From NCBI GenBank assembly GCA_031835245.2, contig JAVKOQ020000084.1:124001-187839 (forward strand): 63,839 nucleotides of DNA, in the 5' to 3' direction. This stretch comes from Balamuthia mandrillaris (Eukaryota). Under the pieces are notes generated by a model. The model saw nothing but the letters and a program-made list of their open reading frames with translations, had not been told where the DNA came from and ran no database searches. The translations under genes and the position numbers were made by a program. Below, one piece after another: positions 11,917-24,612 of the stretch (positions are counted from its first letter, which is position 1; each line of letters starts with the position of its first letter).

Positions 11917-14900
11917 ATCTTGGTCCTCCTCTGTTCTCTTCTGCTTCTCTGCTTCCTCCTTTCTTCTCCTCGTTTCTTGCCATGATTTTTCTTTGAGGTT
12001 TATGTGATTGTTGTTGTTTAACAGGCACGGAATGGAAGGAAGGGAGTACCATCTTTTGGTTTCCTCGGTGTTGAACGGCCTGAGGGAGCACGTCGAATCT
12101 TTAATAGAACGACAAGTACCAGAACAAAAGCAATTGGGATTGTTGGCATTGGGTGGTTATCGCAGCCTCTTGCTCGTTACCCAGGAGTGTTTGAGCCATG
12201 CTCACTCCATTCTTTCGGTGTACACCAGAAGCCGTGTGCACTCGCCAATCAACAACGTAATGTTTATTCTGCTTTGTTTGTTATTGTGTCGTTTACTTCC
12301 TTTTCGTTTCTGGTATTTAAACTTGCTTCACACAGACGCCAGCATTGTCAGTCGAAGATAAAGCCTCAAAGGAACACGAACGGGCAATGGGCGCTCATTC
12401 TCTCTCCACGTCACCTCAAGCGGAGGCGCCCATTTCTGCTTCCTTAGCATCGTCAAGGGACCGAAAGAAGCTAACTTCCTCCGCTCCTTCTGTACCTACA
12501 GTAGATGCTCCTCCTCGTCATAAAGCTTCAGCTGATCGTTCTGTTTCCTCTCCTTCCGGCTCTTCTACAAACAGCAACAACAGCGCTTCCACTCCACCTT
12601 TTTCTTCTTTTGCTTCTTCCATTTCTTCTGCCTTTTCTTCTGCCTTCTCCACTACTTCAGCAACCACTCCAAGAAGGAAATCACACACAACAACCACAGA
12701 ACCAGATAAATGGATATCAAGCCCAGCAACTTCTTTGACTCAATTGAAGGAAGAAATGGAGGGGACCCTCTCCCTCCTGCAACAGTTAGTTCACATTTTT
12801 AAGATATGTAATGTCATTCCATTGGATGCAGAGAAGTATTTCAGCCTGACGTTGGATGAGATAGAGAACATGTTTCCCGAAAGTCTTGAATGGAAGTTGG
12901 ATATGTTTCCTCATTACGTTGGCTTTGAGGTTAGTTCTCTCTCTCTCTCTCTCTCCTCTCCTCTCTCTCCTCTCTCGTTCTCTAAGGAAAATGCTCACTC
13001 TTTCTTGTAGTATTCCAAAGAGCTGATGCAGTATGTTCGCTTGTTGGATGTATTTTACATTGCATCCACAAAGGCCTATAACGCCACGAATCCTCTAACC
13101 AAGAAAACCATTTTCTCATCCTCTGTTGTTAAGTACAACGTTCTACCCAAAGAAGCTGCTGTTCTTGTACGTGTCTCTGGTTCACTTTCTCATGTGATAT
13201 TTCCATATTTTTCCCTAAATGAACTTCACAAACAAAAAGGCTGCAAACTGCAAGAAAAACTTATCCAGAGAAGTGCTCATTTCGGTATGGGAACTGCTGG
13301 AGGATCAGGTCTTTCGTTGGTTGGCCGTTAACTCTGGCTTCTTCCCCAAAGTGAAAATCACCGTCAACTCACGCATCACCATTCCGTTTCCTTCTTCTTC
13401 ATCTCCCTCTTCTTCTCCTTCATTCTCTTCTGCTGCTTCGGTCGTATCACCTGATGAACAAAAGAAATCAAACTCTTCCTCTACAGACGAAGAAGTACCA
13501 GTAATCCATGCTCGTTTCTTCTGGCATCGTCCCAAGAAAAGGACTTCTACTTTATCCGCGTCACCAACTACCAACTCCACCACCGAAACTTCTGAGAAAG
13601 CCGGCAAACAGAAACCTACAACCGCAGAATCTCGCTTTGGTTCGTTCATGTCTTACGTCAGCCAACAATGGTCAAAAGAAGAAAAGCAACAACCCACAAA
13701 ACAAGGCGCAACAACAACCGAGAACCACAACCACGATAACAACGTTGAGGAGACACAGAAGGTGATGCAAGAGGAAACGACCAGTGCCCCAAAGAAGAAA
13801 GAGAAACAAAATGAAGAGGGTGGCGACGGCCAAGAACCCGCCTTCCTGATACTGCACATTCATGGAGGAGGATTCATCTCCCAAACCTCTAATTCACATT
13901 CGATGTACCTGAAGCAGTGGGCTCACGATCTTGGCATTCCTATCGTCAGCATTGATTACACGTTCGTTCCTACTCTCTCCCCCTCTTCTCTCTCCTTCTC
14001 CTCTAACCTCCTTTTTCTCCTCTCACAAAATAAAAAATAAAGCAAAGCGCCAGCAGGTCATTATCCAATTCCATTAACTGAATGTTATACGGCATACAAG
14101 TGGCTACAAACCAACTATCACCAGCTCGGCATTCCTCACAACCCCCTTGGCATCCGCATTCTCTTAGCCGGAGACAGTGCTGGAGGTATTTTTTTTTTCT
14201 TTTCCCTTCTTTCTTGGTTCTGATATTCTTCTTTTCTTATTTTCTTACCAAAACAAAAACAACAGGCAACTTATGTGCAGCTCTTACTTTGAAGGCATTA
14301 GAAGAGGACAAAGTGTTGCCTCCGATCGGCACTATCCTCTTCTATCCAGCAGTCACGTTGACGGCGACGGGAGGCATCTCTCGGCTGGCCTTTTGTCATG
14401 ACCCTATTCTCAACTATCGCACTTTGATGCTTTGTCAAGAGGCTTATCTCAGCCCTGTTCAACAAGAGGTTTGTTCTTCCTTTTGCCCCTTTATCGCTTT
14501 GTTTTCGTTTTGTTTGTTTTTAACTTTTTAAAACATTCAGGCGGCCGCAACAGATTACTTTATAAGCCCAGGGGTTGCTCCAAACTATTTACTTGCGCAG
14601 TTCCCTCCAACTTTTGTTATTTTGGGTGGCATCGATCCTTTACTTGGTTTGTCATCCTTTTCTCTTCCCTCCTCTTCTCTTTATCGTTCTCTTCTCTCCT
14701 TTTCTTTCTTTCTTTCTCATGTTTTCTTTTTTCTTTTTTTCGTGCTTCTCTTCCTCCTCAGATGACGGGCTGCTCTTTGCGCAGAGGCTCAGGGAGAACG
14801 GACGACAAGTGACCATCAAGCTGTTCGACACCCTTCCGCACGGATTCTTGAATCTCTCTCAGGCCATTCCCTCAGCTCAAAAGGCAGTTTCCTACACAAC

Positions 14901-15033
14901 GGCTTGCTTCCGGCATCTCATACGAAACTTTTTGGAGGCTTCCAAAGATCCTTGGAACTCCAAGGACATTGCTTCTTCCTCCTCTTCTTCATCTTCCTCC
15001 TCTTCCGTCTCCTCTTCTTCGTTACCTGCTTGA
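11351..15033 (+). CDS. Hormone-sensitive lipase-like alpha/beta hydrolase
   Basis: HIHGGGF oxyanion motif, spliced GDSAG-GN nucleophile elbow, DPLLDD acid residue, LPHGF catalytic His. Confidence 0.9.
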
Positions 15034-15154
15034 AGAATTGAAGACCAAAGAGAACTTATTTTCTTTTAGAGAAAAGAAGAGAAAGGATAAAAGGTAACAA
15101 CGTTTGAATTGCATACAAGAGAAAAATCAGAGAAGAGAAGTAAAGGATAGGCGT

Positions 15155-15357
15155 TCAGAGCCATTTGGGACGATGCTCAGGAAGAGGCAGGCTGACGAGA
15201 TCCGTGTCAAAGAGCTCGATAAACTGTTCGTTGAGCAAACGGACCTTATCACCAGCGTAGCGGCGGTACTCCTCAAAGATGGAAGTAAGGCTCCACCGTT
15301 GCAGCTTCCTCAAACAACCTATCACCGTTCCTTTGTTTTGTGGTGGCGTGTTAACAG

Positions 15358-15399
<42 letters not shown>

Positions 15400-15801
15400 C
15401 CAAGAAAAATGATAGGAAGAGAGACAAGAGCGAGAAGAGAAGAGAGAAAGAAGTTGTGAAGAACAAGAGAGAGGCAGAGAACGAGATAACAGAAGAACAA
15501 GAGGGCAAAATAATAAAGGAGAGTACGAGAGAAGAGAACACAGAGAGAACGGGAGGGCAGGGTGAAGGGTGAAAACCTGTTCGGTGACGACCGAGGTTAC
15601 ACATGATGGCCAAGGGATAGTTTTTGGGCTCGAGGATGACCTTCAACGCCGAAATGACAACGTCCTCAGAGATTGGGCTCCACGGGTTGGCTATGCGCAT
15701 CTGTGAGTCCTCCATTCCCAAGTGAAGCAGATCAATGTCCTGGTCGTCCACAAAATTGTAGCTAGTAAAGAGCTCAGTGAGAAAAGAAAGTGTGATTTCA
15801 A

Positions 15802-15842
<41 letters not shown>

Positions 15843-16012
15843 AGAGAAGAAATGTACAAAGGCTGGGAGGGATCATCAGGAGCGAGATAGATGATTGTTT
15901 TGAGATTCATACGCTCCAGGAAGGGAAAGTTAAGGACGTTGGGTTGGCCCGACCGATGAAAGTCCTCTTCCACCATACCATAGTTATTAGGAGGTATGTA
16001 AAGTGCGCCCAT
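15155..16012 (-). CDS. Oca/Siw14 (PFA-DSP) family tyrosine-phosphatase-like protein
   Basis: IPPNNYGMVEEDFHRSGQP, MCNLGRHRTG P-loop, GCLRKLQRWSLTSIFEEYRRYAG; two introns. Confidence 0.9.
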
Positions 16013-16191
16013 TTTTTGTTTTGTTTTGTTTTTTTGTCTTTCTTTCTTTTTATTTTTTTTTTCTTTACACACAAAATGTTGCTGCTGGCGGGATTTGAAC
16101 CGGCGGATTCATTTAAAAAATCCAAATTGTTGTCACCACGATTCGAACCGGTGCGATGGAAATTAATTATGTCATGACGACACGAAAATAG

Positions 16192-17734
16192 TTAGGCCGA
16201 GTGTTTGCCTTTCTCTTTCTTGTCTTCTTCTTCTTCGGCTTCGGCTGCGGCTTGCTGGTCCTCCGCGTACTCCTTCTTGAACTGGGTGCGGTAAAGCTTG
16301 GCGTAGGTCCCGCCCTTCCGCAAGAGCTGCTCGTGGGTGCCCTGCTCCACGATGCGCCCCTCCTCCAGCACCAAGATGACGTCCGCCTGCAGTATGGTCG
16401 ACAGCCGGTGCGCAATCACGAAGGAGGTCCTCCCCTCCAACAGCGGGCGAATGGCTTCCTGAATGAAGCTCTCCGTCAGGCTGTCCAAGCTGGAGGTGGC
16501 CTCGTCCAGGATGAGCACTGCAGGGTCCCTCAACAACGCCCTGGCTATGGCGATCCTTTGCTTCTCCCCTCCGCTCAGCATGTACCCGTTCTCCCCCACG
16601 ATGGTGTCGTAGCCCTTGGGAAAGTCGTTCACGATGGCCTCGTGGATCCTTGCTAGGCGACAGACCTCGTGTACTTGTTCCCCGGTGGCATCGGGCTTGG
16701 CCAGGAGGACGTTGTTGAAGATGGTGTCGTTGAAGAGGACACAGTCCTGGGGCACCACCGCAAAGATCTCGCTCAGGTTCTGCAGGCGCAGGTCCCTAAG
16801 GTCATAGCCGTCCAGCAGGATCTCGCCCCCAGAGACATCGTATAAGCGAAGGAGGAGGGAGGTGAGAGTGGATTTGCCGGCTCCTGTTTTGCCAACAATG
16901 GCGCACATCTGGCCGGGCTTGATGTGGAAGGAGCAGTCCTGCAGCACGTATTTAAGCTCGGATTTGTTGGTTTTTTGTTGTTCCTCCAGGGTGTAGTCAG
17001 GGATGACTTCGCCTTGCCTGGTCACTTTGGCTGAACTCCAGAAGTAACGATCCACCTATTTATTTTTTTGTTCGTGTTAAAAGAGAAAGGAGAAGAGAAG
17101 AACAGAAGGGCGGATAAGGAAAAGAGAATAAACAGAAAACAATAAAGGTACCCTCTTGATGGTGGCAGGACGTTCCAAGTCAAACAATTGATAGCTGAAT
17201 TTGACACTGCGATACTCCACCTCTCCTCTCACATCCTGTTTTCGCAAGTTGATGCTCTGCTCCTTCTCTGCAATCTCCACGGGCAAGTCCAACACCTCCA
17301 TGACGCGCTCGAAGCTGATGATGGACTTCAGGAAGCCGATCCAGTCACTCATGAGGCCCATCAAAGGTCCATGAACCTGTCCCACGTAGGAAGTGAACGA
17401 AAAGAGAGCGCCAGGTGTGATGGTTCCCTCGAGCACGGCGTGTCCTCCCCAATAGTAGATGAAGGCGGTGGAAATGGAGCCAAGACTGCCGACGAACAGC
17501 CAAAACTTTTTGTCTCGCCATCTATGTTTTTGCTGTTCCTCCCACCGCTGTTAGAAAAAAAAGAACACGTGAGAAGGAAAGGAAATGCAGAATAAATTGG
17601 GTTTGTGATGAAAAATGAAAGAAAGCAAAGTACTTCGTCTAGTTTAGTAGCAAACTGTTCCACATTGTATTGTTGTAGGCCAAATAGTTTGGTGAGCTGC
17701 ACACCCGATAGAGCCAATGTCTAAAACAATTTTT

Positions 17735-17782
<48 letters not shown>

Positions 17783-19214
17783 GATAAACAAGAGAAATGC
17801 AAACAGTTGAACATTTTAAAAAAGGTGTGTACCTCAGAAACAAAGCTCCAGAGCTGTCTTCGCTTCAGGGCAACAGTGTTTTCATCTCTCTGCAGGCGGC
17901 TTGCCAACCACCGCGCAGGAAAGTAGAAGCAAGGAAATAGGAAAATGATGTACAATGAAAGGTAGGCGTTCATGTTTAGCATGAAAAAGAGGGCCAACCC
18001 TAGCTGAAAAAGGTTTCCCATAACGTCAACCATGTTGGAGGAGATGGCGGTATGGGCAGTGTAGACATCGTCAAACAGGCGTGAGGTTATCTCGCCTGAC
18101 GGTGTCGCAGCAAAGAAGCGCACGCCTAATCGCTGAAAATGTCTGTAATGAAAAGGTTCAAAACGAATTTCGTGCACACTGAAAAAGGTGAAGCAGAAGC
18201 AAAAGAAAACGAAGAACTACTTACGTGTACATAGCGGTTTGTAAGGCCATTGTGACCCGATGATCAAACACCGAGATAGTAAAGTCGCGTTGTTGAGAAA
18301 CAAAGCGGTTTAGCAGAGGCAAAGCCACCGCAGCGAGTGCAAGCAAGTTAACCAGCATTCGGTTGTTATTCGGTATGGCATCATCGATCAACGTTTGGAA
18401 GATTTTGGGTTGAAGTGCACCTGTTTGTTTCAAACACCAGGCAATGAGAATGAGAATGAGAATGAGAAAGAGAGAGCGAGAGAGCGAGAGAGCGAGAGAG
18501 CGAGAGTGAGAGAAGGAGGAGAAGAAGAAAAAAGAAGAAGCATAGGAGGAACAAGAAGACGAAGAGGAAAGGAGTGTCACATGAGATAAGAAGAGAGAGA
18601 GCGAGAAGAAACAGAAGAGAGAGAGAGAGAGAGTGAAAGCGGAAGCGAAAGAATAGAAAAACTGTTACCAATAACTTTCAGAACAAAGAGAAGAAACATG
18701 GAAAAGAACAAAGTCCACTTGTGCGGCGCAGTGAACGACCATATACGCTTCAACACCACCCATTTTTCGCGAACAAACTGAAACTTGTCCACCTGTTGCA
18801 GCGCCTTATCATCATCACCTTTTGGAACAAAAAAAACGGTAGTGAGAGAGAGTGTTGGAATCTTCTTTCTTTTTCCGTTCACCAAGTGACACTGATCATC
18901 CATCACCCGGAGCCAAAAATAAAAAACAAGCAAACAAACAACACACCTGGCCGAAGGATGTTTCTCCACGCGCCCCACGACTCCATGCCACCGCCCGTGA
19001 TGTTGCGTCCTCCTCGTGGTCCTGGTATGGTGGCTGAGTTTTGTTTTTTTTAAAAAAAAATAAATAAAATAAAAATAAAAATATCCAGAGTATAGAACAA
19101 GAAGAAGGATGGAATCTTCGTACCACGCCACGAGTCACTCGCCCCGGCACGAAACAATGATGCAGCAAATGAAATGTTCCTCGAACTTGTTTCCTGCTTC
19201 TCCTTCTCTCATTT

Positions 19215-19248
<34 letters not shown>

Positions 19249-19356
19249 ACGACAACGTGGCTGTGAAGTTTCGCGTGGTGGGGGCTGGGATGCCAATATC
19301 TTGGTACATTGTGGATGATCCTCCACAACGGCTGGCGGAAAATCCGAGAACGCCAT
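16192..19356 (-). CDS. ABC half transporter (ABCB/MsbA-MdlB-like, TMD plus NBD); 5' exons uncertain
   Basis: Walker A GKTGAGKST, signature LSGGEKQR, Walker B ILDEATSSLD, H-loop IAHRLST; upstream TM exons. Confidence 0.88.
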
Positions 19357-19492
19357 TTTGTGTTACATGTCGTCATGGTGTGGGTGGGGAACATCATGAC
19401 GACATGTGGGCTCAACAAATAACGAGTTCGAGCTCCTGGTTCGCAAAAACGAGAGAAGGACCGAAGCAACTGGGGTACCATCACCGGCGAAC

Positions 19493-20056
19493 ATGGAGAG
19501 TCGAAGGAGAGTGCTCTTCTTGGATGTGGACGGCGTGTTGATGCTCTTCCATCGGCGAGGAGAGTGGAACGAGAGCTGTTTGTTGCAGCTGAAACGCATC
19601 CTCACGGAGCTGCATCCTTTGGAATTAGTGCTGTCCTCCAACTGGAAACGGTCCGAGGAGAGCATGCAAAAACTGGTAGCACAGTTTAAACGACTGTGTT
19701 TTCCCGGTTGGGAGGAGGCCTCCGTGACAGACCTGCAAGTCACACCCGAGCTGGAGTATGAGACAAGCGTTGCTCACTCTCGCGTCAGAGAAATAGAGGA
19801 GTGGCTGCGCCGAGCGAAGGAAGAAAAGCCTTTGGTGTCGTCTCATTCGGGAGCAAGCCACTGCGACATTGCTTGGGTGGCTGTGGATGATATGAACCTA
19901 GAAGAGGCCGATGGAAACGTCATGAAGGGACACTTTGTTCGTACCGGTCGAGAGGAAGGGCTTGTTGAGAGTAAGGCAGACAAAGTCCTTGAGCTATTCC
20001 TACAACAGCAACATCAACAAGAAACCACTGCTTCAACAGTTATCCTGGAAGAATGA
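19493..20056 (+). CDS. Intronless HAD-superfamily protein (HAD_SAK_2 / Swiss-army-knife RNA-repair-like)
   Basis: VLFLDVDGVL, LVLSSNWK, RVREIEEWL, WVAVDDM, FVRT..EEGL. Confidence 0.8.
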   Translation: MESRRRVLFLDVDGVLMLFHRRGEWNESCLLQLKRILTELHPLELVLSSNWKRSEESMQKLVAQFKRLCFPGWEEASVTDLQVTPELEYETSVAHSRVREIEEWLRRAKEEKPLVSSHSGASHCDIAWVAVDDMNLEEADGNVMKGHFVRTGREEGLVESKADKVLELFLQQQHQQETTASTVILEE

Positions 20057-20222
20057 ATGCCAACACGTGTTTTTTTTTTGTGAGTTTTTTGTGGCCACCA
20101 GGTGTCGACCTGTAACGGTGATCGCAACCACCTGTATATTATTTGTTGCACCCTCACCTTCCTTCGATTCTACCTTCTTTACAGTGCCTTGCTTGCTTGC
20201 GCTCTCCGTACTAACGTAGCCT

Positions 20223-20336
20223 TTATGCTGTTGAGACTTCATGTTCTTCTCCATTGCGGAAGTTGGGTGGAGCAAGAATCGGAGCGGTCACCAAGGCGTC
20301 CTTCAGCGCCTCGAAAGTCCAAGCGAACTTGCGTTC
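20223..20336 (-). mobile_element. Possible Ty3/gypsy pol relic (RT-RNase H linker)
   Basis: Translates as ERKFAWTFEALKDALVTAPILAPPNF, resembling the FxW...AFEALKxALxxAPILAxPDF linker. No other domains or LTRs seen. Confidence 0.5.
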
Positions 20337-20792
20337 CCGGTAAGCTGCTGTTCAGTTCAACAACTTGGGGCCCGCTCAACCTTGGTCCGGCCAAGAAAGT
20401 ACCTGTCTTCATCCTCCTCCTCTGCAAGGGCGCTGGCTTTTATTGCTTGTGCTCGCAGGATTCAGGCCTTTGTTCAAGCATATCTGGATCGACGTGCAAT
20501 GGTAGGGGTTAGCAGCGGTCCTTGTCGACACTGCAATTCCCGGCGAAAGGTAGCAGGGAAGCGCAAGGACTTTTTTTGCTGCCCTCTGTTCCCTTGCCAT
20601 TTCTCTCTTTTCAGCCCTGAAAACAGGTCCATCAAAAAAAAAAAAAACAAAGTTGCATGTGATAAGGGTCGAACGGATGGCGTGAAGGTAGCTGTGATTA
20701 AAACCTATTAGGTAGCCAGCCACGAGGAAAACAAAAAATGAAAAAAAAATAAAAGGAAAAAGAAAAAGAAAAGAGCAGGAGAGAGGGCTGAC

Positions 20793-20891
20793 ATGGAAAC
20801 GCAGCAGCAGCAGCAGCAAGCCTCAGGCAGTACCTTTGAGTTCATTCCTTCCAAAAAGATTGAGAGCTTTGGTGCTACAGTATGGCATGGT

Positions 20892-20959
<68 letters not shown>

Positions 20960-22989
20960 TTGCTTGCACTGACTTTGTTTTTTCTCTCTTTGTTGCTGTT
21001 ATAATCGCCAGAGTTCTCGCCTCTGGCACTCAAGTATGACGCTGTGAACCTGGGTCAAGGCTTCCCAAACTTCTCTCCTGACCCGGAGCTGGCGGAGGCT
21101 GCTGGCGAGGCCGTCACCAGAGGCCTCAAGGAGGGCGTCACCGTGGAGCACGTCTCCAAAGAGACGGGACGGGGCGACCTCCTGAACCACTACGCTCGTC
21201 CTGGTTTGTTAAGCGTTCTCCTATTTTTTGTTTGTGTGTTATTATTTGTGCTTTTTCGTTTCTTGCTCTCATTTTTTCTTTCTTGTTTTTTCTTTCTTTC
21301 TTTCTTGTCGTGGCTTTCTTGTTGTCGTTTCTTTCGTTCTCGTCGTTTCTTTTTTTTCTTTCTTGTTGTTTCTTTCTTTCCTTCCTTCTATCGATTGTAC
21401 TGTTATCAAACAACAAAATAACAACAAAGGTGGTCATATGCGCCTGGTTAATGCGCTGTCAGAGACGTATAGCCCTCTTTTTGGTCGCCGCATCGACCCA
21501 CTCACGGAAATCCAAGTGACAGTCGGCGCTTCGGAGGCCCTCTTCACTGCCATTCAGGCCTTTATGGGACCTGGAGATGAGGCCGTCTTGATAGAGCCTT
21601 TCTTTGACATCTACATTGGTTCTATCCATCTGGCTGGAGGTACGATGTCACTCCTTTTGCTTTTCGTTCTTTTTTTTCCTATGTTCTCTTTTACTGTTCT
21701 TTGTTCTTGATCGTTTTTGATTTCTGTCTGATGTTCTGTCTGTCTTCTATGCAGGCACTCCGCGGTATGTCTCTCTTAAGCTCGCCAAAGGCAAAGAGCA
21801 CGAGCCATTCACCAGCTCTTCCCAGTGGGTCATCCATACTGATGAATTGGAGGCCGTGATGAACGAAAAAACGAGGTTCATCTTTTATTTCCTCTTTCCT
21901 CTTTTCTCTATTCCTCTTCTTCTCTTATCCTTCTCTTTTATCAAGTAACCAACTCAAAACAAAACAAAAAAAAAAAAGGGTTGTTGTTATCAACTCTCCA
22001 CACAATCCTAGCGGCAAGGTGTTCACTGAGCAAGAGCTGCAAGGGATCGCCAACGTTATTAGCAAGTACAAGAACTGCATCGTCATCAGCGATGAGGTCT
22101 ATGAGTGGATGACCTATGACGACGTCAAGTTCACCCGCTTCGCCACTTTGCCTGGCATGTGGCAGCGTACTATCACTATTGGTTCCATTCTATTCCTCTC
22201 TTTAGTTCATCCTCTTCCCTCTTTTAATGTTGTTGGGTTGCTAATGAAGGAAACAGGCTCAGCGGCCAAGACCTTTTCCATCACAGGATGGAAGATCGGA
22301 TGGATCATGGGACCCTCCGACTTGGTACAGGCCTGCGCTCGTGCCCACCAATACATCAGCTTTGCGGTTGCCACTCCGTTTCAGGAAGCGGTAGCCGTTG
22401 GCTTTGAGACGGCCGCCAAGAAGAACTACTTTGAGTGGCTAGCAAAAACCTATCAGAAGAAGAGAGACTTTTTGGTTTCAGTTCTTCGCGAGGTTTGTTT
22501 CCTTTGTTTTTCTTCTCTCTTCTCTTGTTTTGTTTGAAATGTAACCTACATGATTTTATTGACCAAAACAAAGGTGGGTTTAACACCAGTGGTGCCACAA
22601 GGAGCGTTCTTCGTGTTGGCTGACATTTCAAAGATAAAGCTGAAGGGCGATGAAGGAAAGGATAAGTCCATCACCAAAATGAACATGCACCTGAACGATT
22701 GGAATGTGTGCAGGTGGCTCACAACGGAGATTGGTGTGGCCGCTATTCCATGTTCTGCTTTTTACTGGTATCTATCTCCAACTCTTTCACACAACGTATT
22801 CTTCTCTTTCTTTCTGTTTCTATGTTTTTTTTTGTTGACTTTTTGTGTGTGAAAGTGACGAACACAGTGAAGGAGCAAGTAATCTTATCCGTTTCTGCTT
22901 CTGCAAGACGGACGATGTGCTCGAACAAGCCGCTCAGCACTTTCGAAAGCTGAACACCATTTTCTCCTCTTACGAAGAACAACAACAAC

Positions 22990-22994
<5 letters not shown>
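20793..22994 (+). CDS. Kynurenine aminotransferase / glutamine transaminase K (class I PLP aminotransferase)
   Basis: AVNLGQGFPNF, NSPHNPSGKVF, ISDEVYE, GSAAKTFSITGWKIGW (PLP lysine), IRFCFCK. Confidence 0.92.
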
Positions 22995-23023
<29 letters not shown>

Positions 23024-23383
23024 AAGCCATGCTAGACATGAGAGAGGACACGAGCAAGGACAACAGAGAAGACATGAGCGAGGATAAGAGCGATGCGACA
23101 CGTCAGCAGCAATTAAGGTGGCCTTAAAATGTTTTCTCGGAAATTTCGAAAAAAAAGAAGCCAAAGAAAAAAAAGTGGTTCAAAAAGAAAAGAAAGAAGA
23201 AAACGAAGAAGTGCATTCGATTGAGGGAAAAAAAAAAGATTCCTCTTAAAAGTTTAAAAAAAGTAGTGCAGAGCAAACCGCGGTGGAGGGAAGAAGTCCC
23301 CCATAGCTTTCTTTCTTTCTTTCCTTTTAGCAATATTTTGTGAATACTTGTAAATATTTTGGAGTGGGGCGCGAAAAGGAAAC

Positions 23384-24577
23384 ATGTTAGACCGAGATGA
23401 AGAGGAGGACAATCGTTCTCACGTTGTCAAGGTTTGTTCCCCTTCCCTGCTCCCTCTCTCCTTTCTTCTTCTCCTTCTTCTTCTTCACTTCTTTTTTTTA
23501 AAACGCAATTCCTTTCAAAAAATAAGGCACGAGATGCAGTGACGGACGCCGAGGACGCGATGCTGCTGGGCAACTTTGAGGACGCCATAGGCAAGTACCG
23601 GCTGGCCGCTCAAATGTTTCTGGAGGCCTCCAAAGACTTGGAGCACGAGCACAGCGCGCAGTCGCTGGCCCTGTTGGCACAGACGCACCTGAAGAAGGCG
23701 GAGGAGATCGAGCAGTACATCGAGAGCGCCAAGGAGAGGGCCAAAGAGGAAGAAGCCGCTCCGAACCTGTTTTATGACTCATATCTGGCCGACTCTTTGC
23801 TTTCTTCGTCTTCTGGCCGCTCTTCTGCTTCTGCTTATTCATCCTATTACTATCCTTACCATCAACAACAGCAACAGCAGCGGTACCAACATGAGCATGC
23901 TGGTGAACGATCAGGAAGAAAAGCAAGAGAGAGCAATAGAGAAATGGAGGAGGAAGAAGAAGAGGAAGAACATCGATTGGTTTATGCTCCTTATACTTCG
24001 ACTTCAGAACTGCCTCTTTTGTTTGTTTACACGAAGCGAGGAGAGAGCGATGATGAAGAGGAGCACAAGAACGAGAACGCAGAGGAAGATGATGGCGATG
24101 AGGAGGTTGAAGCAGAAGGTGAAGGCGGGACTTGGCAGATGGTCATGAACGGTTTGGATCAATTGTTGGACATACTGCCAAAGCCTGTTCTCGTTCCTTT
24201 CACTCATTATTCCCAACCACAACCAACACAACAAGCAAGCGAAGAAAAGAAGGCAGAAACATCCGCTGCCACAAACAGTAACAACGGCAACGTTAGAACT
24301 GGATACAGCTATTATTGGCCGCCACAAGACCCTTCACGCTCCGTTACAGCATCCTTCTTTATGGTTCCTTCCGCTTCTCCTGTGCTTAGGTCTGCCTCTC
24401 CTCCATCCGCTTCGTCTCCTTCGCATGTTATGGTTGGTGGAGGCAACAAACAACAACTGCAAAAACCTTTGGCAGTGCCAAAGCCCTCTACACCGCTGCC
24501 ACCTCTCTCACCAAATGCTTCACGGCGGGTGTCTCCTTCTAAAATCCTTGCTCAAAGGTTCTTTCTCATTGCTTTTT

Positions 24578-24612
<35 letters not shown>

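Noticed and set aside
16079..16155. Intact tRNA gene
   Set aside because: Only B-box/3' fragments; no D-arm, anticodon arm or acceptor pairing.
22993..23021. Poly(A) run at the aminotransferase stop as a retrocopy signature
   Set aside because: The gene has many introns and A/T homopolymers are ubiquitous in this window.
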